The notes beneath the pieces are model-generated. The model was given only the letters and a program-made list of their open reading frames with translations, did not search any database and was not told the origin of the DNA. A DNA stretch of 64,000 nucleotides, from NCBI GenBank assembly GCA_044892525.1, contig CM097885.1:255874001-255938000 (forward strand), written 5' to 3'. How positions within the stretch are numbered: position 1 is the stretch's first letter; every line of letters starts with the position of its first letter. Made by a program: the position numbers and the translations under genes. The DNA is from Schmidtea polychroa (taxonomy: Eukaryota). Shown here piece after piece: positions 1 to 12,904 of the stretch.

Positions 1-99
1 AACGAGCAAATCTAACAGAAGAGAACTTAAAAAATATTTTAACTGTTAAATTAAATGAAAATTTTTTAAGAATAAATAAAAGATAGGGCTTTTTTTCTA

Positions 100-205
100 A
101 ATTTTGAACCCGAATTTGAACCCTGGACCGAACCTGAACCCGAACTTTTTATTTTGATTAACCTGAACCTGAACCTGAACCCAATTTTCCGGGTTTCAGT
201 CCCTG
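100..205. mobile_element. Right end of an hAT-like element with GAACCTGAACC subterminal repeats
   Basis: Tandem AACCTG/AACCCG units ending in TTTCAGTCCCTG (reverse complement begins CAGGG); the left end lies outside the window or is lost. Confidence 0.45.
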
Positions 206-2229
206 ATATAAAATTAAATAACAATATAGATCAACGGTGGGCAAATGCGTCTCTATATTATAGATAGTTACATTAATAAATAGTTACATTAAACTTAATT
301 TAAAATTTATTCACAAATGTAAATCCAAAAAGTAAATTTTGCTACAACATTTTTGGTATACTTTAGAAAAGAGAAGGTGTTCAATAGATTAGGCATATTA
401 GAAGCTGCTAAAACATCTTCTAAATTATTTCTTAAATCCAGTTCAAAAGTTAACGTCATAATTCCAAGTATTTATTTTAATGAAATATTGTATAATTTCC
501 AAACCAATTTTCAGCGTTGAATAAAATATTTCAAAAAACCATTTATTAAAATTTCGATATTTAAACTATATTTATTTAAAAATGATCCGGTTAAAAAGCT
601 TGTTTAATTTAAAAATTTAAAAATTTCAGTTTAAAAATTATTTTCAAAGTTATTTTAAATAGTCAATTATTTATCATTTAAAATTATCTTAATAATTTTT
701 TGAAATATTTAACTCTCAGCTGAAAACACCTCACAAGGCATAACACAATTTTTATTTCCCGATTAGATTTAAAGAAATTAAGTGATTTTTGATTACTTAT
801 CTATCCCAACAAAAAATTTAATTTTTCCGCTATTAATAAACAAAGGTTTGTTTGAATATGGCGTTAAATTTCCTTCAAAAAGATCAAAATATTTCGGACT
901 TGAAATGAATTGATGACAAATTGAGTCCGTTTGTAAACTATTTTTACTGAGAAAAAATTAATTATATATTATGTAGCTATATTTGTTCGTTTTGTTCTTT
1001 TTGCTTTCAGTCGGAAAATATTTATTAAGGTCGATTTAAACAAAAAATGAAAGTTGATCAATGCATTAATACTATAAACTTCTTTGCACTTAAGAAAATT
1101 ATTCAACGCTTTCAATTAATCAAAACATTAAATGGCAAATAATTAGGAGTAACGAGTCACAAATTAACAATACTTTATTTGTTGGTGGAGACGTGAATTT
1201 GATAATTTCTCCCATGTCTATAAGTGGCTTAAAGGGACACGGAATCTCTTTGATGGTTTTCAATCTAATTTCCCCATCTCTCACTCTCTCCTTTTCGCAA
1301 TTAAACAAAAGTCTTGTTCGACTAAAAAATATGATGATTAAATATATAAATAAATATTTTAATTTTTACACGTTACTTTTTGTTATTCTTGGAGTTTTTT
1401 TCAATAAATGATAGACCCCTTTGCAACCCCCCCCCCCCATACCCAATCGCTACCTCACTGTTGGGAGGACATCATTTTTTTATTTCAATATTATTCAACT
1501 CACTCTGTATGTTGCAAAGACAGATATATAAAAACGCCAAAAAACTCTAAATTAAATTTATTTTTTAATGTCTTTAATTAAAATATATCTTGTGTTGTCC
1601 AATTAATTTAACACAAATTTTAATTTTCTTTAATTTCAGTCCTAAATTAAAACAAATTTTACAAATAAAAGTTGAATCAATTGCTGATTATCAGTTTGAC
1701 ATTGAAATCTAAGCAGTTACTGATGATATGCTTAAGTTTGAGAAAGATAGACAATTCATGAGATGTATTATTTGATGAAATTGATTTTGAGATGGGGCTC
1801 CATGGTTTACACCATGGGTGTTTCACCTTTTGCGGCATTTGGGCCACATGTTAAATTTTTTGAAGGCAGGCGGACCGCATAAAAAAGTCAACCACACTTA
1901 AAAGTTTAGTTTCATTATGAAAATGAAAAATACATTGTATATAATATATTTGCAAAATTCAAAAAATTGAGCATAAGGAAAAAATAATCGCTAAAATATA
2001 TATAAATGGGCTTATGTAAATGTAGTACTTATGTAAAATAAAAATGTAAATTGTAAAATCGCGTAAATACTTTATGAGCAGTTTTAGTATTATATATTTT
2101 ATTAGTTACATACATTTTTTTGTAAAATTCAAATCATTTGGTGGGCCACATTTTCAAACGTCTGGGGCAGCTGGTTGGGCACTTCTGGTTTACACTATAA
2201 TCATACATTATAAGACTCCTGCCGGAAAC

Positions 2230-3170
2230 TGAAAGACTTTTATTCATCTTTTTCCTCTATATCCATTTTTATTATGAGCTTCCAGATGACTTGAACCTCG
2301 TTACCGACTTTCACTTTGATATATTGAATTACGACGCCCTCCATGTCATACTGGTCTTTCAATTGAGTTGTCTTCAAAAAAATCGGTCAAATTTAATACA
2401 AATCTAACTTAATAATACGCTCTGTATAATGTTGGACGCATTCTTCAATCAATTCTATTTCTGATTTCATTTGGTTGCGAATTCTTAACACAGAATTTCT
2501 CCTTCATCTACCAATTGCTAGAGTAGTCTCATCAGGGAAAAGTATCTTCATACAAGCCGTAGTAAAATTAAAAAGAGATTTTGTTGGACCAATTGTTGAA
2601 GTTAGGGAAAAGTAATGACAAAACGCCTTCAGCACTAAAAGATGTGCGCATTTTGAACTTAACAGTTTCACTGCTAGTTTTATAGGCTGTAAATAAAGAC
2701 CTATGTTTTCATTAGCTTAAAATTAACTTTTTCCATGAAATAATAAACATTCAAATCATTTAAAGCTTATGAAATTGGAGCTTTCAACTTCTAAAGCCTT
2801 CCTATCATAGGCGCGATTGAGTTCCATTGAACTTTTATATCTAGCAACAGTTCATACTTATGTTGGGATTCATTTTTACATAATTTCCATTACTAGTTTT
2901 AGCTATTCAAAAATCGTGCCATTTTCTCTTCATAATTCTTTATCCCTGACTCATCATCATAAGTATCCTCAAAATCATATTCATAGTTGTCAAGATCTTC
3001 TTCTTCATGTAAGGATTGAGAAGATGCATCTCTTTTAAAAATAATCCCAAATTCTGAAGTGTATATTGTGATTCAAACTCATTTCAGCTCCTTTTGTACT
3101 TTGACATCACTGGATCACCATCATGAGAAGTTCACACGATATCACGTTCAAAATTTATTTTAAATTTAAC
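2230..3170 (-). mobile_element. Degraded hAT transposase relic
   Basis: Minus-strand fragments LLLDIKVQWNSIAPMIGRL (compare LILDVKTRWNS..MLERF) and LQPIKLAVKLL; many stops; boundaries approximate. Confidence 0.55.
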
Positions 3171-3399
3171 CGAATGATTTTTAACTTTATCCGCCATTTC
3201 ATTTGCATTACAAGATCCTAGAATTGAAACTAACCCCGGATTCATGCATTTATATTTTAATATCTACGTCTTCTTGAGCTTGTCCATTAATCACTGGTGA
3301 TACTTTATTTAATCTCAACTATTTTACGTTTTTCAATAATTTTAATCATCTTTGCCTTCTTTACTAAGAAAAAATTATATCGTATCAATTTCATTACAC

Positions 3400-3534
3400 T
3401 ATTATAAGAACTTTTTTTCCCAATTTCACCACTGATTTTTTCCCATTGTATGTATTAACAAGAGCTTGAAGACTATAAATCAGTAATATATCGATGTTTA
3501 TGATATATTTACTGATTTATAGTCTTCAAGCTCT
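3400..3534. repeat. Foldback hairpin family, copy 1 (others near 34638-34835, 39438-39565 and 47418-47586)
   Basis: Perfect 26-bp inverted repeat AGAGCTTGAAGACTATAAATCAGTAA (3461-3486 / 3509-3534), preceded by the shared leader TATTATAAGAACTTT. Confidence 0.8.
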
Positions 3535-3874
3535 TTCTAATAAATTCTTTACACTAGCTTTGCAGTTTGCTAAAGAATATCCACGAATTGAAATTGTTTT
3601 ACGAATAAATTCAGAATTCGTTATAGTAGGCCAGTGGTTTCCAACTTCTCAGAAACTCTGCTCACCTTAATTTTTGAAACAATCTATGTTCTCAAATACT
3701 TTTCCGGTATTGCAATTTATTTAATGGGCTACAAAATAATATACTTTATTATATATAAAAATACATAAAAATTATTTATTTTTTATAAATAATAATAATT
3801 TTAATTGTAATTAAAACAAATTATATATAATGCGAAAGCTTAAATAAAATATTTTGGCAAAGGCCGCATCCACG

Positions 3875-4309
3875 TCGGCAGTAGTGACAGGTGGTGTGTA
3901 CAAAGGGCAGGGACGTAATCAGCGTGAGCTTGTGACTTGGGGTTATTAGGAGCTCTTCGTTCAAGTGGAATAATTTCAATCCACTATCCCTGACACGATA
4001 GTGATTGAGCAGTTTACTCGGTCATTTCTAGTTAGAAATTAAACTCGTTGTTACTGCTATTGTAGCGCACGTGTGGCCCCGTTACTGCTCAGTTTCATTT
4101 AGTTAAATGCTATTTATTCCTCTAAGAAGTCAGCTTTTGCGTTAGAACACAAATTCCCTATATAGCATGTTAGTCTCGTTCGTTAACGGAATCAACCAGA
4201 TAAATCGCTCCACCAACTAAGAACGGTCATGCATCACCACCAACTAAATCAAAAAAGAGCTATAAATTTGTCAATCCTCAGTGTCTGGACCGGATGAAAT
4301 TTTCCCGTG
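3875..4309 (-). pseudogene. Degraded 18S rRNA fragment (3' third of the SSU rRNA)
   Basis: Reverse complement contains variants of universal 18S motifs (CACGGGAAAA...GAGGATTGAC, GGTGGAGCGATTT, GATTACGTCCCTGCCCTTTGTACACAC). It has many substitutions and lacks the AGGTCTGTGATGCCCTTAGATG segment. Confidence 0.92.
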
Positions 4310-4599
4310 AAACTCTTCTTTTTAACTATATAAAGTGCGATGAAGTTTCTTAAATAAATTTATTGAACATATGACTAGATAAATACATATTTGCAGAAAA
4401 ATTCAAATTTATAAAATATTTTTACAGATTCAAGGTAAAAATTAGTGAACCCCCCTTTTAAATTTCAAGCAGAATTTTAGGGTTTGAAAACTTTGAATAT
4501 TTGAACATCAGACAGGTAACATTCATTTTGAAGTGTAGGGAAATTAATAGATATACGTCAATTATGATAGTTCCACAAGGGTTGATCTCTAAACTGTAA

Positions 4600-5060
4600 T
4601 TATTTCGTATTGCCTGGGAAGACATAAATAAGGAAACTGATGAAGAGAATTGTTTTCTGATCGAAATTTTCTTTCCGTACGAATAATATCGGATAATATC
4701 ATTTTTTCTAACCCTTTACCTGAAAAATCTTTTACCCTATAATTTCATGAAATTTAGGAGAGGTTACCAAAATTAGTCATTGTGACATTTTTCAGTGGTA
4801 TCGGATATGATTAAAGGTAATAAATAACCGTGGATCTCGGATATAGATATATTCGTTTTGGAAACCCTAACAAAGCCTGAATATTAGGGTAACGAGGTTG
4901 AAGGTCATTAATTTGTTGGAGTCTACTTAAAATGCATTGACCTAGATTAAAGAAGTATCCTTGCTGTTGCGCGTTTGGATAAATGTGACGCAAAGCTAAA
5001 GTACTTTTTCTTCATAATATGTCATGATTGTCTCTGGAATGAAGCCTGGTCATATATTAT
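4600..5060 (-). mobile_element. Degraded MULE transposase relic
   Basis: RHIYPNAQQQGYFFNLGQCILSRLQ...LQPRY parallels VFPDTQIKGCFFHLSQNIYRKVQ...LQQRY of the 17664 ORF; stops and frameshifts; boundaries approximate. Confidence 0.65.
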
Positions 5061-7349
5061 TGAACTCAGTTAAAATGGAACCTACTTTTATTATTTATCA
5101 AAATATAAACCTTTGGAATTATCGCGTTGTACCTTTGAAAGCGTAACGGTGTAGAGTTGCTGTAACAATGACGGAGAGGTTTTGAAAGTTTCACAATTTC
5201 ATTTGTCTTCCTATATAATATAAATTTTCAATGATACTTATTTTTTCTTTCTTTTTTAACTCAAACATTATTTATCACATGAAAAATGCAATCCCTAAAA
5301 TTTCTGTTAAATAGAAAAAATAATTGATCTGTAGTCAAAATGAAGTTCAATGAAATTTTTGTTGGCTTTTAAGAAGTAAATATTTTAGTCGGTATCTCTG
5401 ACTACACGTGTTCTATAAAAACCAATTAGACAAACAATACCCAACGTATATTTATATTCAAATTCTATAGTACAATTCACAAAACTCAGAATATCGCAAT
5501 AAAATGTCTGTTCGGATTATCTCGCACGCTTTGGTTCCGCACGTTCTACAATAATAATTACCTTATTTCTTTAATTCTTTGACTTAAAGTAATCCTTTTA
5601 TTTTCACTTCTGTTAATTCTATATTAATCCTACTGTCAACATTTTCGTCCCTATCTAAGGTAAAATGCAAATTGTTTCTAAGTTTGAGTTTTTTTATATA
5701 GTTAAAATAATCTCATTGATTAATGGTATTTCAACTAAGTCATGTCAATTTGACAATCTCTGCCACGCGGACTTTTTCATTTTCTCATCGTCGAATAGAA
5801 TAATTAATTGTTCCACCGTGCGTTTCCTTTGTGAAAATCTTTTTCCCGTTTTCCCCATTACTCATACTGTCATGATAATGGTTTTCCAATATCAACTTTG
5901 TTTACTTTTCTTTCAGTTTATTTAGCTCTAGTTTTCCTTAATTAATTAATTAACAGTTTTCTGTTTTTGTACGTTTCCTTGCATTTCGACCCTTTCTTAA
6001 CATATTCTGATAAATCCATTCTCTTCATGATCTCCCCCATCATCTCTTTTCGATCTGACCCGTTTTTCAAATTTTAATTCGATGATTTTGAATTTTCCAA
6101 TATTCCCTTTTTAATTATATGAAAATTAAAATTATTTTAAATTTAACAATTCCAACATTTTAAATTATTTTTATTTAATTTTATTTATTTTTATTTAATT
6201 GTTTGATTTGTTGTTTGAAAATTAATTTAAAGTATAAACCAAAAAAACTGTTTGTTTGAATTATTAAAAGAAATTTATTGTTTTAATATTGAATTAAAAA
6301 TTTTTATTGTTTTATATTTCAATTCCTGGAAAGTGTAACGGATTTTTCTAATAGATTTTTAAGAGCTTACGCTTACCAATTCCGTTGGAAATGTAAAAAT
6401 GAATATTTACGAGTTAAAAAATAGGATATCTCTCCCTGGGAAACTTATTAACAGGATTTCAAATGAAGAATCAAATTTAAATAATAAACAACGTTAAAAG
6501 ATTGATAATTATGGAGATTATAACCGAGATGGCTACTCCTACGGAATACGGAAAAGCCTATTTAATCAGATAGTACATAATCCGCCTTAATCATGTTTTC
6601 AGTAGCTTCCAATACACTCTTTGAAGATGCAATAAAACAACTCAGCTCTTTAGTGGGCTGTGGGAACATCAGCAAATATCCTTAGACTAACCATGCATTC
6701 GAGAGAAAGAGAGAGTAAATTCCGGACATTTCTTTTTGATCTAAATGCACACGGCCCGGATTCAGTTGAAAGATTAATTTCAATGGCTTAATTGCCAGTT
6801 ATTCAATTCTCGTACAACGGTAAGTGATATTCTCGTTGATTTTTTGTTTTTATTTTTTTTAAAGGAGAAAGAATTTTTGTTGAAAACACATTTCAACAAT
6901 CAATATTTCAATGTCCTTAAATTTCCTACTACAGAATTTGAGAGACTCAGATTTTAGGGTTGACTTAACGATGATCCGGAAGGACTTTTAGAGCAAGGAA
7001 TCATCGAGAACGGATTGAAACTTATTAGGATTTTAGACCGGGAAATTCACAATAATCACTAGTGGATAAATTATATTTCTATGAATATATTTTGTTATTT
7101 TTAATTTAATTTTATTTCACCATCCTGNNNNNNNNNNNNNNNNNNNNNNNNNNNNNNNNNNNNNNNNNNNNNNNNNNNNNNNNNNNNNNNNNNNNNNNNN
7201 NNNNNNNNNNNNNNNNNNNNNNNNNNNNNNNNNNNNNNNNNNNNNNNNNNNNNNNNNNNNNNNNNNNNNNNNNNNNNNNNNNNNNNNNNNNNNNNNNNGC
7301 AGCATTTATTATTTAAAACAATAAAATGATAATTTAAGCCTTTTGCTGC

Positions 7350-7392
<43 letters not shown>

Positions 7393-10300
7393 TTGCATCA
7401 AAGTTCACAAATCGAGTAGGCAAACTATTTATTTATACATTCCGTAAACCAATACAATTAGTTAGTGATTACGCAAACTCTATAATGTAAGGAATTATAT
7501 GAAAAATAAATCTTAGAGCGGATTAAAGTGNNNNNNNNNNNNNNNNNNNNNNNNNNNNNNNNNNNNNNNNNNNNNNNNNNNNNNNNNNNNNNNNNNNNNN
7601 NNNNNNNNNNNNNNNNNNNNNNNNNNNNNNNNNNNNNNNNNNNNNNNNNNNNNNNNNNNNNNNNNNNNNNNNNNNNNNNNNNNNNNNNNNNNNNNNNNNN
7701 NNNNNNNNNNNNNNNNNNNNNNNNNNNNNNNNNNNNNNNNNNNNNNNNNGACTGACGAACAAAGACTCAATATTTGCTTGGACAAACAATAATAATTTCT
7801 GTAATAATGTTCTTCAAATACCCAAGCTCCCGTTTTAATTCGACATAACTAATAATGGAAATTCGCACGTTATAATGGATTTTGAAACTATAAAAGTTGC
7901 AGATAAAATAAATAAAATTTGATATATATTCGTTCATTAAGTTTAAAAGTTTCAGAATGAACAAATATTTATTGAATTTACCCTTTGTTTACAGTTACTT
8001 AGAATCGTTCTGCCGAACCCAAATGGGAGGTAATTTGCAAAAATTCTCCCAATATTGAAGATGTTTGCACCTATCAAGGCCTGACTTGATATTGGAATGG
8101 GAAATTATATATTTTTCTGCATTTTGTTTATTTTGTGGATTGTTTACGTATCTGTTAAGACAAGATATTGTCATTGGTAGATCTTCGAAGTAAGTTGTAT
8201 GAGTGTTATAAGTTGAAGGTTTTGTTGATGTAAAGTATTAATTGGTGAGGCGCCCTTAAAGGTTGGACAAAATATAGGGCAAAATCCCTTTATCTTACCA
8301 AAAAATTTCAATTAAAAACAACTTTGACTTTCAATAACAAAAAATATAAGAAATTCGACAACTCATTTTATTAGAGCATATTTCCTGGATCCATTAGGAG
8401 AGATCGCAAATGCAACTATGTAAATTTTATTTCTAGAAATTTGATAAATGATAATAGATTACCTCAAATTATAGAAGAAAAACATGTATAAGAAATGTAT
8501 AAGAAAAACATTGAAAAACGTAAGCAATAATTGTAATTATTTAATTTACAGTTAAAGTTTTTAAGATATTCAGAAATTTATTACAAAGATTGACCAAGGT
8601 CACGGATTAAGGAGCAAATTTACTACAATCCCAAAAAAATTTAGATTACTACATTGTCCTAAAATTCATAATAAATACGACATTTTCATTTCATTAAAAA
8701 TATTATTAGAATTTAATTATTAAAAATATTTCAAAAACATTTTTATAAATGTAAAATAAATGAAAAATATAACATTCAAATTACTACTTATAATTAATGT
8801 CCTTGCTGTAGTGCCACTGACTTTCAAATTAATAAATATATTAATTTCATAATTAAATTGCATGTGGATTATTAAATTAGTTAAATTAAAATACATTGTT
8901 TTAATATTCAAATATTTACACTTTTCTTTCAAACATCTCCATTTTTTTAATTAATAAAAATGTGCTCAAAATTTTCGATTTGGAATAATTTGTAGATCAA
9001 CGGATTGTTAAGTATATGGGTAATATACACGTAGAGCTATTCCTCACGTAGTGTTGTAATAAGCCTTGTGTAACCTATTTGAGTATTGAATTGATCGTGT
9101 TGTTATAATTCGTGTAATCAATTATGATAATCAATAAATGTTATTCTTGTCTGAGAAATGTTATTTTGTGGATCAGATGAAACACGCTTTGGAGTCAGAG
9201 ATTTTATTGGTAACTTTTAAATATTACCACCAACCCAATAACCCAACATAGTCAATTGATACGTCAAGTTTAAATTAACAATTACGCTCGGATGACGGAG
9301 ACTGCGCCATCATAATTGAATATCCAAACAACCAGAAATCAGGAGAGTCCTATTCAATGAAATATAATTGTTAGATGATGAGGGCAGGCCCATCCCTACA
9401 TTTACCCCAGATAAGTATTATAGAACAGGCCCAAACAAATAAAGGGTCAATGTGTTCACCGAAGAACGTAATTTGATCTCTCGCAATCCAATGTAAACAA
9501 AACTCTCTATATCTATCAATCCAATTTCCCAAAGAATAACTTTCAACATCTCCTGCGTATATATAATTCGAACTCTATTCTATTGATATTTATGTTATTA
9601 TTGACTATTCTTGATATTTAATTTGATCCTTTATATGTGACTATTCTTACTTATTTTATTCTTTTACTGGTGTATATATGGATTATTTTATTCTATTTGT
9701 AGCTTGCTAATATATCTTTCCGTATACATATTTAATATTTTACAAAAGGGTAAATTAATAATTAATTTTAGAAATAAATAATAAAAATAATAATAACAAT
9801 AATAATATAAAATAATCAGCGATTTCGTCTATGAGTATTAAAAAGAAACCGCTGTCTTAACAAATAGAGCAAAAAGAAATATTAATATTATAAAACATAA
9901 CACGCAATGTTTAACAGATGGTAGCAAAACAAATATAATAAATATAATATTCCGTGCGTATAGGCCGGAAATTAAGATATTTTATTTCATTAACATTTAT
10001 AATAGTATATATAGCACAACAAAATTTAGTAAACTCGCCCAAAATTTCTTAATAAGCTCCTAAATCTTGAAGAGGTAATCTCTGCGAGATTTTAAATTAA
10101 GACAGAACAAAAAAGTCTACCAGAAGATTTTTCGTATTTGATCATGTAACACGCAACATAACATTCTAACAAAAAATATAATACGCATCTATTTCTTTTT
10201 GATCAGCGAATTTTGGAAAAGCACGAAAGACAATTTGTGTATAATTAAAAGGTGAATTTTTATTATTAATAAAACTTTATCAAATAGTCTTATTGTTATT

Positions 10301-10544
10301 GTCATATAAGAACCAGTAAGTTGGGGTTTTAAAAAGTGAGACCTCAACATAATGTCATTCCTAAATTCTCAAATACAAGATACATTTTGTACAAAGAATT
10401 GGAATTCTATAAATATATTGTATCAATTAGTCTTATGTTCCTACATTTGCCGCAGATAAATTTTGACAACTAGTTTATGCTGCTACCAAGAAACCAATAT
10501 TTTCTGATTCTACATTACATTAGTTTATTTCCCATTTTTTAGAT

Positions 10545-10914
10545 CAGCGTTTCCCATACTATTTTTACCGATGAACCCTTATTTGTTAAAAATTTTTGGC
10601 GGAACCTTTACTTATTAAAAATTTAAAAATTTGATGAATAATATAATTAAATTAATATTATTTATTCATTCATAATTCACATAATTACAAAAAAATACGA
10701 AATTCATAAATGTATAGAAATTATTACATTTAATTATTTTGTCTGTGAGAAGAGCGGTGCTGCTTCTTTTCCTGTCAATCTAGTTAACGATATCATACTA
10801 CAATACTAAATGGAATGGAAATACATTTATAAATGGTCAAGGCCTTATTGTATTTGTGGAATTAGATTAGCAAAGGTTCATTTAGGTTCACGGAACCCGA
10901 TTTTGGAAACGCTC
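10545..10914. mobile_element. hAT (Buster/Charlie-type) MITE
   Basis: TIR CAGCGTTTCCCA / TTGGAAACGCTC; near-TSD TTTTAGAT / TTTTATAT; GGTTCACGGAACC subterminal motif. Confidence 0.65.
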
Positions 10915-10963
10915 TTTTATATTATTGATCAATATTTTGTTTTATATTTAACTAATCGACAGT

Positions 10964-11577
10964 CAAGGCTGGACTGGAAACACATTTAGGCCCGACAAAT
11001 ATCGGTGACGTAGGCCCACAATATTAAATTTCAAAAAAGTACATTAGTAATTTATAGACATATTTATTAATATAATAAAAAAGAGTTTTTTTTTAATAAT
11101 TGCAACAAAAATCAAAATTAAGTAATTGAAAATAATTAAATAAATATTATTAATTAAACAAGTTTTTTTAATATTTCACTTTTTCTCTCATTATATCAAT
11201 TACTCTATTATTGTCAATGTTATTTAGAATATCTTTTCACACGCCATGAGCATAAATGCTTCCAAATGATTTTGACTTAGATAATTTCTGAGTCGATTTA
11301 AAAAATGGAGAATTTTTTGAGTGAGACTCGTGTATTATGTGTTGCTGCGACGAACTACAGAACTTCTCATTTACGATTCTACTCACATTATCTGCATGTT
11401 TATTTTGTTATTTCGTTAATCAACCATTGAGTTAAATAGAAATAGAGTGAAGTAATAATTGTAACAATTTAATTGAATTTAATTTCATTAAAAAATATAA
11501 AAAAACTTCACTATATTTGTGGACCAGTAGGCCCACGGGGATATTCCCGGTATCCCGGTGGGCCAGTCCAGCACTTG
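10964..11577 (-). mobile_element. Internally deleted hAT element retaining the transposase C-terminus
   Basis: Perfect 8-bp TSD TCGACAGT (10956-10963 and 11578-11585). TIR CAAGGCTGGACTGG / CCAGTCCAGCACTTG. The minus strand encodes LNRLRNYLSQNHLEAFMLMACEKDIL. Confidence 0.85.
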
Positions 11578-12069
11578 TCGACAGTACAAAAAAAGTAAAA
11601 ATTGTTAAAATTGAAAATAAAATCAATAATGAAAAAGATATGAGATTTTACTAATAAAAATAATGTTTGTTTTTTCAAAATTTCGATACCCAAAGTCTTT
11701 CATTAGACTCGTGGGATTCCTTTAGCCTTGTGCATGGTTTACACCTTAGGTTAATTCACAGACCAAATGAAGAAATATCTATAAATACAAATAAACATAA
11801 CAAAAGTTCACGTGAAATAGATTATAAAAAAATCCAAATAATATTTGAGGAAAGAAAAAAAAACAATCCAAAAACAAAGCGATAAATAAATACAAATCCG
11901 CAGGTAGTCCTTAAATAAACAAACAAATCAAACCGAAGTAAATTTGTCAAAAATGATATCGAAATCGAGATTAGATAATGATGTAACCAGCGGGTTTTGT
12001 TTTAATATCATGACCAAACCTGATGGTAATGAAAACTGACTCAGAGGAGTCTTTTTATCGGAGTCTATA

Positions 12070-12502
12070 AATTGCTATCCGCCCCCTTCCACTTCCTCTC
12101 AAAAAAATATTCATAAATAAACCATTTTTCTTTCAAAATTTTCCACTTTTTTTCCGCGTGGCTTCTAATCCATTTAAACAAAAAAAAGCAAAAAATGAAA
12201 TAAAATTGAAATGAATATCCGATTTTAATCTCAATGTCTGTGTTGAATGATTTTCATGAGTTTGATGCGATAAAAACAACACGGTGCTGACAACGATAAA
12301 TGTTCGCTTATCAATACGGCATACAGCGCGTCAAGCCGCGCTATCAACACGATTTGTCAATTCAACAAAAACCCACTTGACCAATAATCATCATATTTGT
12401 TATTATTTCAAACAAAAAATTCAACCTCTCCAATTTTGATAACTCGAAAATCACATTATTCAACCATTTCCAACCTGTTCAGCTCTAAGTGTCCACTTAA
12501 AG
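12070..12502 (+). promoter_or_regulatory. Putative promoter/5' UTR of the NK2 gene
   Basis: GC box CCGCCCC near 12080, CCAAT near 12381, NK2-type sites CACTTGA (12374) and TAAGTG-TC-CACTTA (12486-12499); motif-level evidence only. Confidence 0.45.
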
Positions 12503-12904
12503 ATGAGTTCAAATGGTGACTGTGTCAAGTACGATTCAAATTTTGATAGAGAAGGATACTCAACCGACACAAGCACAGATTGCCCAATCCAAACCGACGA
12601 TTCCCTACATGACATTCAAACGTCCTCTCTGCCAGACAGCTTTCCATTGTTTCCACAAAACGACACAACGCACATCAACGAACTCCATGAAACGTTCATT
12701 GCCGCCAACTCGATTACGCAACAACTCCAACTCAACAACAACTACAGTAATTTCAATTTAATTCATTCAAACAATCATTTAATTACGACAGATTCGTCAA
12801 TTTACTCGAATTTCAATCTTATTCCTAGGAGTTTTATTTCCAATGACGAACATTCGTCAAACATGTCCTTCGTGCAAATGCTAAACTCGCCAAATTATGC
12901 TCAG
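12503..12904 (+). CDS. Dth-1: NK2 homeobox gene (Dth-1/nkx2.2-like), coding exon 1; Ser/Asn/Thr-rich N-terminal extension, 134 codons
   Basis: ATG at 12503, open to CAG|GTTTGT donor at 12905 (phase 0). It joins in frame to the acceptor at 20858. The three-exon total is 1602 nt = 533 aa plus stop. Confidence 0.8.

Noticed and set aside
4630-4675. CTGATGA...GAAA hammerhead-like string (similar partial one near 2530 on the minus strand)
   Set aside because: Stem II is not contiguous with GAAA, no stems I/III are evident, and both lie within DNA-transposase relics.
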